Part shown: one piece after another, positions 46,726 through 55,064 of the stretch | Layout of the letters: each line of letters starts with the position of its first letter | How positions within the stretch are numbered: position 1 is the first letter of the stretch | Virus record (IMG/VR): IMGVR_UViG_3300025617_000008 | DNA length: 64,000 bases | Reading direction: 5' to 3' (one strand) | DNA from: an uncultured virus (IMG/VR IMGVR_UViG_3300025617_000008) | Taxonomy: Duplodnaviria; Heunggongvirae; Uroviricota; Caudoviricetes | Notes under the pieces: model-generated | Databases searched by the model: none | What the model was told of the DNA's origin: nothing | What the model saw: only the letters and a program-made list of their open reading frames with translations | Made by a program: the position numbers and the translations under genes

Positions 46726-47442
46726 GTGAAATTCTTTCACCCGCATATACCCAAATCTACTATTGCTCGTCCTGAGATTGAAAAGCATATAGGAAAGATG
46801 TGTCGGAGTGTAGGTGAAAATGATGATCCTTATGAATCAAAAAATTCAGATCCTAGTATAATCTATAACATAAATTCATACGGATATAGAGGATTTACAT
46901 ACAAAGACCAATACGACCATGTAATATTAAACTTCGGAACAAGTTTTACATTCGGCATTGGCATTAGAGAAGATCAAACATACCCCAGCGTTGTTGAGAG
47001 TCTAACTGGTATTCCAAGTTTAAACTTTGGAATTCCTGGTGGAAGTGTTGATACTTCAGCACGTATGATTGCCTGTGTTGTTCCTTATTTTAAACAAATT
47101 TCAGACAGGGTTACTGTAACAGTTCCTTATGTTCATCCCATTCGTAGAGAAATTATATTAGACAACTATTCAGCAAGTATAAATGCTCATACTGAACCTC
47201 CTACAAAAGACTTTTTTAATTTAATTGATGATACATCAAACACATACAATATTGAAAAAAACACTATTCTAATTAGAAGTCTTTGTTGTATACTTGATAC
47301 AAAATTAATCGAGTTAGATACATCAAAATGGGAAGACAAAGAGAGCTGGCCGGATACAAATCGACAAGGAATAAGTCCTGGGCCAAAATGGTGTTACAAT
47401 ATCGCTGAAGAGATTCAAGATAAAATAATACTTGACAAGTGA
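46726..47442 (+). CDS. SGNH-like hypothetical protein
   Basis: NSYGYRG, FGTSFTFG.G, NFGIPGGS. Confidence 0.6.
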   Translation: MKFFHPHIPKSTIARPEIEKHIGKMCRSVGENDDPYESKNSDPSIIYNINSYGYRGFTYKDQYDHVILNFGTSFTFGIGIREDQTYPSVVESLTGIPSLNFGIPGGSVDTSARMIACVVPYFKQISDRVTVTVPYVHPIRREIILDNYSASINAHTEPPTKDFFNLIDDTSNTYNIEKNTILIRSLCCILDTKLIELDTSKWEDKESWPDTNRQGISPGPKWCYNIAEEIQDKIILDK

Positions 47443-47460
47443 ACCTTTTAATGTTATACT
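47432..47460 (+). promoter_or_regulatory. Sigma70-type promoter
   Basis: TTGACA-17 nt-TATACT with TGn. Confidence 0.8.
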
Positions 47461-47487
47461 AACTGTATAAAATAAAAGGAACCTCGC

Positions 47488-47682
47488 ATGTGGGTATTAG
47501 TTTTTATAAATTTAATGTTAAACAACGACTCGGGTTATAAAGAGCCTGTAATCGAAGCATGGTACGAGTTCGAGACTATGGACGAATGCTTTCAGGCAAG
47601 AGAGTTGTTGATTGATCAATTAGGTGGATCTAATGGCTGGCCGCCAAAAGGAACACAGGCAGTATGTATTCATGACGAATAG
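47488..47682 (+). CDS. Small hypothetical protein
   Basis: AAGGA RBS; MW.LV...C...C pattern. Confidence 0.65.
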   Translation: MWVLVFINLMLNNDSGYKEPVIEAWYEFETMDECFQARELLIDQLGGSNGWPPKGTQAVCIHDE

Positions 47683-48085
47683 TATCGGAATTACATTTTC
47701 ATCTTTTGACTTATTCCATAGTGGTCATGTTGCTATGCTTAAAGAAGCACGAAGCAACTGTGATTATCTAATGGTAGGATTACAAACAGATCCGACTATT
47801 GATAGACCCAAAAAGAACAAACCAATTCAAAGTGTATTTGAAAGATATGTACAACTAGAAGGTTGTAAGTACATTGATGAAATTATTCCATATGCTACAG
47901 AGCAGGACTTAATTGACATACTGCTAACATATGATATACACAAACGATTTATTGGCGAGGAATATCGCCATAATGACTTCACAGGCAAGCAATTATGTGT
48001 TGACAAAGGCATAGAATTATACTATAATAAACGTCAACATTCATTTAGTACAAGTGGCTTAAGAAAAAGGATAGAACAGGCATGA
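47672..48085 (+). CDS. Cytidylyltransferase (TagD/RfaE-like)
   Basis: FDLFHSGH (HxGH), VGLQTDP, R...FSTSGLR; ATG 47672 preferred. Confidence 0.88.
   Translation: MTNSIGITFSSFDLFHSGHVAMLKEARSNCDYLMVGLQTDPTIDRPKKNKPIQSVFERYVQLEGCKYIDEIIPYATEQDLIDILLTYDIHKRFIGEEYRHNDFTGKQLCVDKGIELYYNKRQHSFSTSGLRKRIEQA
48000..48028 (+). promoter_or_regulatory. Sigma70 promoter inside the cytidylyltransferase gene
   Basis: TTGACA-17 nt-TATAAT upstream of the clamp loader. Confidence 0.8.
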
Positions 48086-48996
48086 AAAAATTATGGGTAG
48101 AAGCATACCGTCCTAAAACAGTAGATGGGTATGTGTTTAGAGATCAAGGTCAAAAGAAACAGATTGAAACTTGGATTAAAGATAAAAGTATTCCGCACTT
48201 ACTGTTTAGTGGTTCAGCAGGCATTGGCAAGACAACACTTGCTAAGATGCTTATTAGCGAACTAGATATTCAAGAATTTGATGTATTAGAAATAAACGCT
48301 AGTCGTACAAACTCAGTAGATGATGTTCGTGATAAAATTACAAACTTTGTACAGATGATTCCGTTTGGTGACTTTAAGGTTGTACTGCTTGATGAGGCGG
48401 ATTATCTATCGCCGAACGCACAAGCCGCACTACGTGGCGTAATGGAAGAATATCATAACACAGCAAGATTTATTTTAACCTGTAATTATCCTAACAGAAT
48501 TATTCCAGCTATTCATTCACGCTGTCAAAACTTTCACTTTGAAAAAATTGATCAAACAGAGTTTACAGCTCGCGTAGCAACTATCCTTGTTGAAGAAAAT
48601 ATTGAATTTGAGCTAGATGTACTTGACACTTACGTAAAAGTAACTTACCCTGACTTGCGTAAATGTATTAATATGGTACAACAAAGTGTAGTAGAAAATA
48701 AACTTATTGCTCCTAATCAAAGCGATGTGGGAGAAAGCGAATGGAAGTTCGCTATGGTTGACTTGTTTAAAGCAGGCAAGATCAACGAAGCTCGTAAAAT
48801 GCTTTGTGGTAAACTACGTGCTGAAGAAATGGAAGAAGTATATCGTTGGTTGTATGACAATGTATCCATCTTCGGTGAAGATGAACATCAACAAAAGGCA
48901 ATTCTGATTATTAAACAGGGCCTTGTTGATCATACGTTAATTAGTGATCCAGAAATTAACCTTTCGGCTACACTAATTAAGTTAGGAAGAATTTGA
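48082..48996 (+). CDS. Clamp-loader AAA+ subunit (RFC small subunit/T4 gp44-like)
   Basis: WVE.YRP, GSAGIGKT, INAS, LDEAD, SRC. Confidence 0.92.
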   Translation: MKKLWVEAYRPKTVDGYVFRDQGQKKQIETWIKDKSIPHLLFSGSAGIGKTTLAKMLISELDIQEFDVLEINASRTNSVDDVRDKITNFVQMIPFGDFKVVLLDEADYLSPNAQAALRGVMEEYHNTARFILTCNYPNRIIPAIHSRCQNFHFEKIDQTEFTARVATILVEENIEFELDVLDTYVKVTYPDLRKCINMVQQSVVENKLIAPNQSDVGESEWKFAMVDLFKAGKINEARKMLCGKLRAEEMEEVYRWLYDNVSIFGEDEHQQKAILIIKQGLVDHTLISDPEINLSATLIKLGRI

Positions 48997-49241
48997 AGAT
49001 AAGATATTATCATAAGATCGATGGTTGGAGATGGATAGGTTTTGTATTAGCAATGGTCGGCGCTTTCATTCTAAGCGGTGGCGATGCTGACAATCAATGG
49101 ATGGGCTGGACAGTAGCCTGTTTTAGTTGTAGTATATGGATCTATATGGGATGGAAGGATAAAGATATTCCAAGGGCACTAATGGAACTGTTTTACTTAC
49201 TATTGGCGTTACGTGGAATTTATAACTGGATAGGACAATGA
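48993..49241 (+). CDS. Small three-TM membrane protein
   Basis: Three hydrophobic segments ending GIYNW. Confidence 0.65.
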   Translation: MKIRYYHKIDGWRWIGFVLAMVGAFILSGGDADNQWMGWTVACFSCSIWIYMGWKDKDIPRALMELFYLLLALRGIYNWIGQ

Positions 49242-49567
49242 CATACTTAGTAAACGATAAATGTATTAAATGTAAACACACAGACTGTGTAGAAGTTTGT
49301 CCAGTGGACTGCTTTTACGAAGGCGAAAATATGTTAGTAATTAATCCAGAAGAATGTATTGACTGCGGCGTATGTGTTCCTGAATGTCCTGAAGAAGCAA
49401 TTATTTCAGACAACGATGATAGCCTCAGTGATTCGTCCGTGGATTGGTTTCAGTACAACGAACAAAAGTCTGCGGTATGGCCAAATATTACTGAGAAAAA
49501 AGATCCGTATCCTGAATACGAAAAGTTTCAGCTGGTAGACGACCGTATTAAATTTTTAGAAAAGTAG
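49238..49567 (+). CDS. fdxA: 7Fe/8Fe ferredoxin
   Basis: [34 protein letters not shown]. Confidence 0.92.
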   Translation: MTYLVNDKCIKCKHTDCVEVCPVDCFYEGENMLVINPEECIDCGVCVPECPEEAIISDNDDSLSDSSVDWFQYNEQKSAVWPNITEKKDPYPEYEKFQLVDDRIKFLEK

Positions 49568-49587
49568 TGCTGAGTTAACAGCACTAC
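49564..49587. terminator. Hairpin between convergent fdxA and phoH
   Basis: GTAGTGCTG-AGTTAA-CAGCACTAC perfect 9-bp stem. Confidence 0.6.
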
Positions 49588-49601
49588 ATTGTATTATTAG
49601 T

Positions 49602-50336
49602 CTATTTTTCTAATTCTCCATAAATTGCTAACACTTCTTTGACAGCTTCGTGTCTTTCAATGTCATCTGCGGTAAAGCGACAAACGTCAACTCGCTTGTG
49701 TGATGTAAAATCATTATAAAGATTTAAAAACTCTAACAAACCATTTTTCTGTGGCCTATCTGCTTGTTGTAAATCTCCCGTCACAATCATAGTCGAACCT
49801 GTGCCTAGTCTAGTCAATAGCATTTTCATTTGACTAGGTGTGGCATTTTGCATTTCGTCTGCTATAATAATACTGTTCTTAAATGTTCTACCACGCATAT
49901 ATGCTAGTGGTGAAATTTCAAGAACACCTTCAGCTATAAAACCTTGGATTTCTTTAGCATAAAAGTACTCCTCAAAAACGTCAAAAATTGGTCTTGTCCA
50001 TGGAGCCATTTTTTCATTTAGATCTCCAGGTAAAAAACCATGTTGTTCATCCACACTTACAGCGGGCCTTGTAACAACTACCTTTTCTACTTCACCTTCT
50101 TGGAACATTTTTACTGCTTGTTGACAAGCAATCATTGTTTTACCCGTGCCCGCAGGGCCGATAGCAAATACAATATCTTTTGATTGATCTTGTAACTTCA
50201 GCAAATAATCTTCTTGATTTAGGTTTTTAGGATATATTGTTACTCGGTTTTTCTTTTGTGGAAGGAATTTATTAATTTGTACTACGTTTTGGTTTTGGTT
50301 TACAGCCATTTTAGCCGCTTTTTTTCTTTTTCTCAA
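49602..50336 (-). CDS. phoH: PhoH-family ATPase
   Basis: GPAGTGKT, TRPAV, GFLPGD, AYMRGRT, DEMQN, GD..Q.D; AGGAGG RBS before TTG at 50336. Confidence 0.93.
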   Translation of the reverse strand: MRKRKKAAKMAVNQNQNVVQINKFLPQKKNRVTIYPKNLNQEDYLLKLQDQSKDIVFAIGPAGTGKTMIACQQAVKMFQEGEVEKVVVTRPAVSVDEQHGFLPGDLNEKMAPWTRPIFDVFEEYFYAKEIQGFIAEGVLEISPLAYMRGRTFKNSIIIADEMQNATPSQMKMLLTRLGTGSTMIVTGDLQQADRPQKNGLLEFLNLYNDFTSHKRVDVCRFTADDIERHEAVKEVLAIYGELEK

Positions 50337-50503
50337 AGGATAGCCTCCTATTTTGAATAATAGTGCTGGCATGAATCTTCCTAACATTTAGTTGTATTCA
50401 TATCCGAACACAAAATTATTTACAAAGGTTATCATCATCATAAAAACTAACTATAAAGATTCGTGTCGGATAAATACATATAGCAAAATTAAGTGAGAAC
50501 ACA

Positions 50504-51016
50504 ATGGCCGATATTAAAACAATTATTAGCACAGTAGAAAACGTGTACAACGATAACAATGCGTTAAACATGCTTAAAGACTATGAGCGTGTATTAGACG
50601 AATTAGGAGTATATGTATACGAAAACTGGGAAGATGGTGAACTAGTTTCTGGTCCAAACGAACAGAAATATTTTGTAACATGCCAATGGATGTGGACTGA
50701 AAAAGACATGCCTAATCCCAAAGGTGGCCAAAGACTATTAGATTACGGTTGTAAAGTTACATTCAAAAAAGACGAAATTAAAAAAGTAAGAAAGATTAAA
50801 ACTCCAGATGATATTCGTCCTGGTACTAAAAAAGGTAAGATCGATTTAGAAACTATCTGGATTGTGGAAATCGCAATTCCTAAAAAACTTATGTTCGACA
50901 TCAATAAAGGTTATAGAGGACTTAGTGTTAATACTAAAGACTACTCAGCACCGACACCAAAGATCGATTCTTCCGATGATCAAATTCAAGCACCAGAAAC
51001 GGCAGGAGCAGAATAA
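50504..51016 (+). CDS. Conserved phage hypothetical protein
   Basis: ERVLD...YVYENW..GELV.GP, MP.P.GG.RL; late motif upstream. Confidence 0.75.
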   Translation: MADIKTIISTVENVYNDNNALNMLKDYERVLDELGVYVYENWEDGELVSGPNEQKYFVTCQWMWTEKDMPNPKGGQRLLDYGCKVTFKKDEIKKVRKIKTPDDIRPGTKKGKIDLETIWIVEIAIPKKLMFDINKGYRGLSVNTKDYSAPTPKIDSSDDQIQAPETAGAE

Positions 51017-51729
51017 TGGGATTACGAGCAGGCGACCTCAACGATTTAATTCTAGATACGTTTGAAATTGATAGCTTTCAAAGTAAGATGGGCGAAGATA
51101 GAGATGTGTGTACTATTTCTTTTATAGCAAAAGAAAGAGCTCCAGCAAGAGATATGATGGAGTTTATCGAAAAAGGTTACAACTTTGTACTTGATAGTGA
51201 TGTAAGCGCAGGCGAAGATCGCGATGGCAACTATCATGTGTTTGTAGAACTAGAAAGAGATCCTAGTTTGCCACAAAATATTAAAGAATTAACCGACGGC
51301 GTATCTAAGCTATGCGGTTGTGAAGAATGGAAATTTAAACATTATAAAAATAATAAAGTATTCGGATTAGATTCTCTTAGTGAAGTTATTACTAAATCAG
51401 CTATTGAATACGATTCTATGATGGAAAACATTAGAGTAGAAAGTATTAATAAGTTCTTTAGTAAAACTTATAAAGATAATTTAATTGTAGAAGGTAATAA
51501 AATAACAATAACAAAACCTTTTGGAGTAGGTATCAATTTTAGTATTGAATCATTTGGTAATAAAAAAGATATCCAGACTGATCTATCTGAAACTATTAAG
51601 ATGGATACTAAAAGCGCCGCAGAAGTACTTTGGCTTACAAAACTGCTAGGCGAAATGAACATTACCAAATACGGTGATGACTTTGTTCTTGAAAACGGAA
51701 ACAAAGCAATGAAAATTAAAATCTTTTAA
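51016..51729 (+). CDS. Conserved phage hypothetical protein
   Basis: ID.F.SKMG...FIEKGY..VLD.DVS.GE...VFVE.ER. Confidence 0.75.
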   Translation: MGLRAGDLNDLILDTFEIDSFQSKMGEDRDVCTISFIAKERAPARDMMEFIEKGYNFVLDSDVSAGEDRDGNYHVFVELERDPSLPQNIKELTDGVSKLCGCEEWKFKHYKNNKVFGLDSLSEVITKSAIEYDSMMENIRVESINKFFSKTYKDNLIVEGNKITITKPFGVGINFSIESFGNKKDIQTDLSETIKMDTKSAAEVLWLTKLLGEMNITKYGDDFVLENGNKAMKIKIF

Positions 51730-51746
51730 ACAGAAGGGAAATATAA

Positions 51747-52616
51747 ATGAGTTTTGAATTTGATTTTACTAAGGAGCATTTAGCAGAAATCATTTCTGAT
51801 GATGCCGACAATTGGTATGACGCATTATGCGAACTACTACCTAAGTATGGCATTACTACAGAACGTAGAGTAGCACACTTCCTAAGCCAGTGCGCTCACG
51901 AATCAGGCGGCTTTAAGCGCCTAGAAGAAAATCTAAACTATTCAGCAAAAGCATTGCGTGCAGTATTTGGTCGTTACTTTGGTGACAGCCCAAAAGCGGA
52001 CGCAGATGAATATGCTCGCAACCCAGAAATGATTGCTAATCGTGTGTACAATGATGAATATCGTAAGTACAAGATGGGCAATACAGAAGAAGGTGACGGA
52101 TGGCGTTTCCGTGGTCGTGGACTAAAGCAACTTACTGGACGTGACAACTATACACGCTTTGGTAAGAGTGTAGACATGACAGCAGAAGAAGCCGCAGAAT
52201 ATGTAGCAACTCCAGCAGGTGCTATTGAATCAGCTTGCTGGTTCTGGGACACAAACAACCTAAACGACATTGCTGACACAGACAATGTTGTTAAGATGAC
52301 TAAGAAAATCAACGGTGGTAACATTGGACTAGAAGATCGTCAGAAGCGTTACAAACATGCTATGGAAGTACTAGGCATGGACGCAGACGATTTAGGCACA
52401 GACGAAGACGGTGTAGTTGATGTTGATGACATTGGTGTACTACGCAAAGGATGTAAAGGCGAAGGCGTTAAGATGATGCAAGAAGCATTAGGCATTGGCG
52501 CAGATGGCGACTTTGGTCCTGGTACAGAACGTGCTCTTAAAGAATGGCAAGAATCAAACGGCTTAGTTGCTGATGGCATTGCTGGTCCGTCAACACTTGG
52601 CAAATTACTAGGATAA
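51747..52616 (+). CDS. Endolysin: GH19 domain plus C-terminal peptidoglycan-binding domain
   Basis: AHFLSQCAHESGG, GRG..QLTGRDNY, TKKINGG; DG.FGP.T...WQ..NGL..DGIAG. Confidence 0.9.
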   Translation: MSFEFDFTKEHLAEIISDDADNWYDALCELLPKYGITTERRVAHFLSQCAHESGGFKRLEENLNYSAKALRAVFGRYFGDSPKADADEYARNPEMIANRVYNDEYRKYKMGNTEEGDGWRFRGRGLKQLTGRDNYTRFGKSVDMTAEEAAEYVATPAGAIESACWFWDTNNLNDIADTDNVVKMTKKINGGNIGLEDRQKRYKHAMEVLGMDADDLGTDEDGVVDVDDIGVLRKGCKGEGVKMMQEALGIGADGDFGPGTERALKEWQESNGLVADGIAGPSTLGKLLG

Positions 52617-52624
52617 TTATTTTT

Positions 52625-53056
52625 ATGTTTAGTTCAATTAGAATAGCATTAATTTTAGTTTTGCTCGCTGGCGCAGGCGGCGGCATCTTGTATGTTAAAA
52701 AATTACAAAGCGATTTAGAAACAGCAAGGGCAAATGTAGCAAAGATGGAAGTTGCTGTTCAAACTAGTGAAAACAGTTTAAAACTTGTTCAAGAGGAAAC
52801 TTTAAAACTAGCAGAACTAAACAAAAACCTTAGTGCTGATTTACAAAAGGCAGAGCAGTACGGAGATGAACTTCGTGCTACTCTACAGAAACATAACTTA
52901 ACACACCTGGCAAACAAAAAGCCAGGTTTAATTGAAAAGAGGATGCAAAATGCGACCAATGAACTTTGGGACGATCTTGAGTCTATCACTGATCCTAATG
53001 CTAACAACGGGATGCAGTCTACTGACTCCGGAACCAAAACTAGTAACAGTAACTAA
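52625..53056 (+). CDS. Inner-membrane spanin (Rz-like)
   Basis: N-terminal TM followed by coiled coil, immediately after the endolysin. Confidence 0.7.
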   Translation: MFSSIRIALILVLLAGAGGGILYVKKLQSDLETARANVAKMEVAVQTSENSLKLVQEETLKLAELNKNLSADLQKAEQYGDELRATLQKHNLTHLANKKPGLIEKRMQNATNELWDDLESITDPNANNGMQSTDSGTKTSNSN

Positions 53057-53336
53057 TACCGTTAAAACAACTGTACCTATTGTTGCTCATCCAAAAGCAG
53101 TTCAGTTAAACGATGTTAAGATCTATGTGGTTTCAAAAGAGAACTACGAAGAATTTGTAAAAGAGTTTGAAGCAAAGAACGGTGCTGATGCTTATATTGC
53201 TATCAGTGTTAAGGACTATGAAAATTTAGCACTTAACTTTTCTGAACTAAGACGTTACATAGAACAGCAAAAACAAATCATTGTTTACTATGAAAACGCT
53301 GTTAAACCAGAAAAACCAAAAGAAGAAAATAAATAA
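52950..53336 (+). CDS. Outer-membrane spanin lipoprotein (Rz1-like)
   Basis: GAGG RBS, signal peptide with lipobox LTTG-C, overlapping the i-spanin in another frame. Confidence 0.7.
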   Translation: MRPMNFGTILSLSLILMLTTGCSLLTPEPKLVTVTNTVKTTVPIVAHPKAVQLNDVKIYVVSKENYEEFVKEFEAKNGADAYIAISVKDYENLALNFSELRRYIEQQKQIIVYYENAVKPEKPKEENK

Positions 53337-53361
53337 TTTTGGCTAATAAGGAGCGATAAAA

Positions 53362-53694
53362 ATGTCAGAAGAAGAGATCAAACAAACAGGTCATCATCCA
53401 GCAGATACTAACGGCGACGGAAAAGTATCTAAAGAAGAAGAAAAGATGTACCTTGAGTTCAAACGTAAAGAACTTGAAGACGCAGATGCTATGAGAGACG
53501 CACAAAGAAACATGGCTTGGTTTGCCCTATTTGGAATGCTACTATATCCATTTGCGGTAGTCATTGCTGTATGGGTAGGACTAGACCAAGCAAGTAAAAT
53601 TTTAGGCGACATGGCGGCTACATACTTTGTTTCAGTAGCGGCGATTGTGGCGGCATTCTTTGGTGGCCAAGCATTTAGCGCAAAAAAGAAATAA
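53362..53694 (+). CDS. Two-TM holin-like protein with N-terminal EF-hand loop
   Basis: DTNGDGKVSKEE followed by two TM helices and a basic C-terminus; adjacent to lysis genes. Confidence 0.55.
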   Translation: MSEEEIKQTGHHPADTNGDGKVSKEEEKMYLEFKRKELEDADAMRDAQRNMAWFALFGMLLYPFAVVIAVWVGLDQASKILGDMAATYFVSVAAIVAAFFGGQAFSAKKK

Positions 53695-53737
53695 TCAAGA
53701 AATAAAATCTTAAATACCTAGAGTGCTAAGTAAGTAT

Positions 53738-54565
53738 ATGGACCACTATAGTACTTTAGGTGTTTCTAAGAACGCCTCTGAAAAAGATATTAAAACTGCT
53801 TTCCGTAAACTTGCGGCAAAGCACCATCCTGACAAAGGTGGTGATCATAAAAAGTTTGTAGAAATTAAAGAAGCCTACGAAACACTTTCTGATCCTCAAA
53901 AGAAGCAGATGTATGACCAATTTGGAACCGCAGATCCTAGACAGCGTCAATATAACTCACAAAACTATCAAGGTAGTTTTGATAATATATTTGATCAAAT
54001 GTTTGGAAACTTTGGATTTCAAGGAAGGCATCAAGCTCAACGAAATGGCACTATTCAAGCAGAAGTTCAGATTCAACTAGAAGATGTGCTGTACGGAAAA
54101 GCAATCGATGCCGAAATTGGTTTTAGAAACGGACAAACTAAATTAGTAACTATTAATATTCCAAAGGGGGTTTATCATGGATCGCAGATTAGATATCCAG
54201 GAATGGGAGATCATAGTAATCCAAAATCACCCCCTGGTGATTTGATTGTTCGAGTAAATGTAACTCCTCATCACACATTTAAAAGAACCGAAGATAACTT
54301 AACAATTGAGCATAATGTAAATGTATATGATGCTATACTAGGAACTGAGATCAAAGTAACAACATTAGATCGTAAAACGTTCACAGTATCTGTGCCGGCA
54401 GGGTCGCAACCCGACACTGTTCTTAGTTGTAAAGGTGAAGGATTACCCAATCCTCACACAAATGTACGTGGTAATTTACTAATTAAAGTTAAGGTTAAAG
54501 TTCCAAAGAACTTAAACAAAAAACAAATAAGAACTATAGCAGAGTTAAGAGATGGAAAAATTTAA
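53738..54565 (+). CDS. dnaJ: DnaJ-class co-chaperone lacking the Zn finger (CbpA-like)
   Basis: J domain with HPD, G/F region, C-terminal GDL/G.GLP domain. Confidence 0.9.
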   Translation: MDHYSTLGVSKNASEKDIKTAFRKLAAKHHPDKGGDHKKFVEIKEAYETLSDPQKKQMYDQFGTADPRQRQYNSQNYQGSFDNIFDQMFGNFGFQGRHQAQRNGTIQAEVQIQLEDVLYGKAIDAEIGFRNGQTKLVTINIPKGVYHGSQIRYPGMGDHSNPKSPPGDLIVRVNVTPHHTFKRTEDNLTIEHNVNVYDAILGTEIKVTTLDRKTFTVSVPAGSQPDTVLSCKGEGLPNPHTNVRGNLLIKVKVKVPKNLNKKQIRTIAELRDGKI

Positions 54566-55064
54566 ATTAGGACAACACGATTCACTTTACCAAACAAGTG
54601 AACCTTGGGACTTTTCTAAAGACGGCGATGCTGTACAACTAGAAAAGGACATGTGTGAATTTATGATTGAAAGCAAGGGCATCGGACTTGCCGCAAATCA
54701 AATTGGATTACTAAAAAGAGTTTTCGTAATGGGAAGCACAAACATTACTGGTTTTCCTAAACCTTTTGCTGTTTTTAATCCAGAAATTACAGACCATAGC
54801 GAAAATACTGTACTAGATGAAGAAGGGTGTTTGAGCTTTCCGGGTTTGTATTTTAAAGTTTCTCGTCCAGAATGGATAGAAGCAAAGTTTCAAGATAGAG
54901 ATGGTAACATACACGAAGTGAAAATGGATGGATATGTTGCTAAATGTTTTCAACATGAGCTTGATCATTTAAACGGAATATGTTATACTGATAGAGTAAG
55001 TAAATTAAAGTTAGATCTTGCTATTAAAAAAATGAGGAAAAATAAAAAACATGCTAGAACCTAG
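54552..55064 (+). CDS. def: Peptide deformylase
   Basis: GIGLAANQIG, EGCLS, QHELDH. Confidence 0.95.
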   Translation: MEKFKLGQHDSLYQTSEPWDFSKDGDAVQLEKDMCEFMIESKGIGLAANQIGLLKRVFVMGSTNITGFPKPFAVFNPEITDHSENTVLDEEGCLSFPGLYFKVSRPEWIEAKFQDRDGNIHEVKMDGYVAKCFQHELDHLNGICYTDRVSKLKLDLAIKKMRKNKKHART

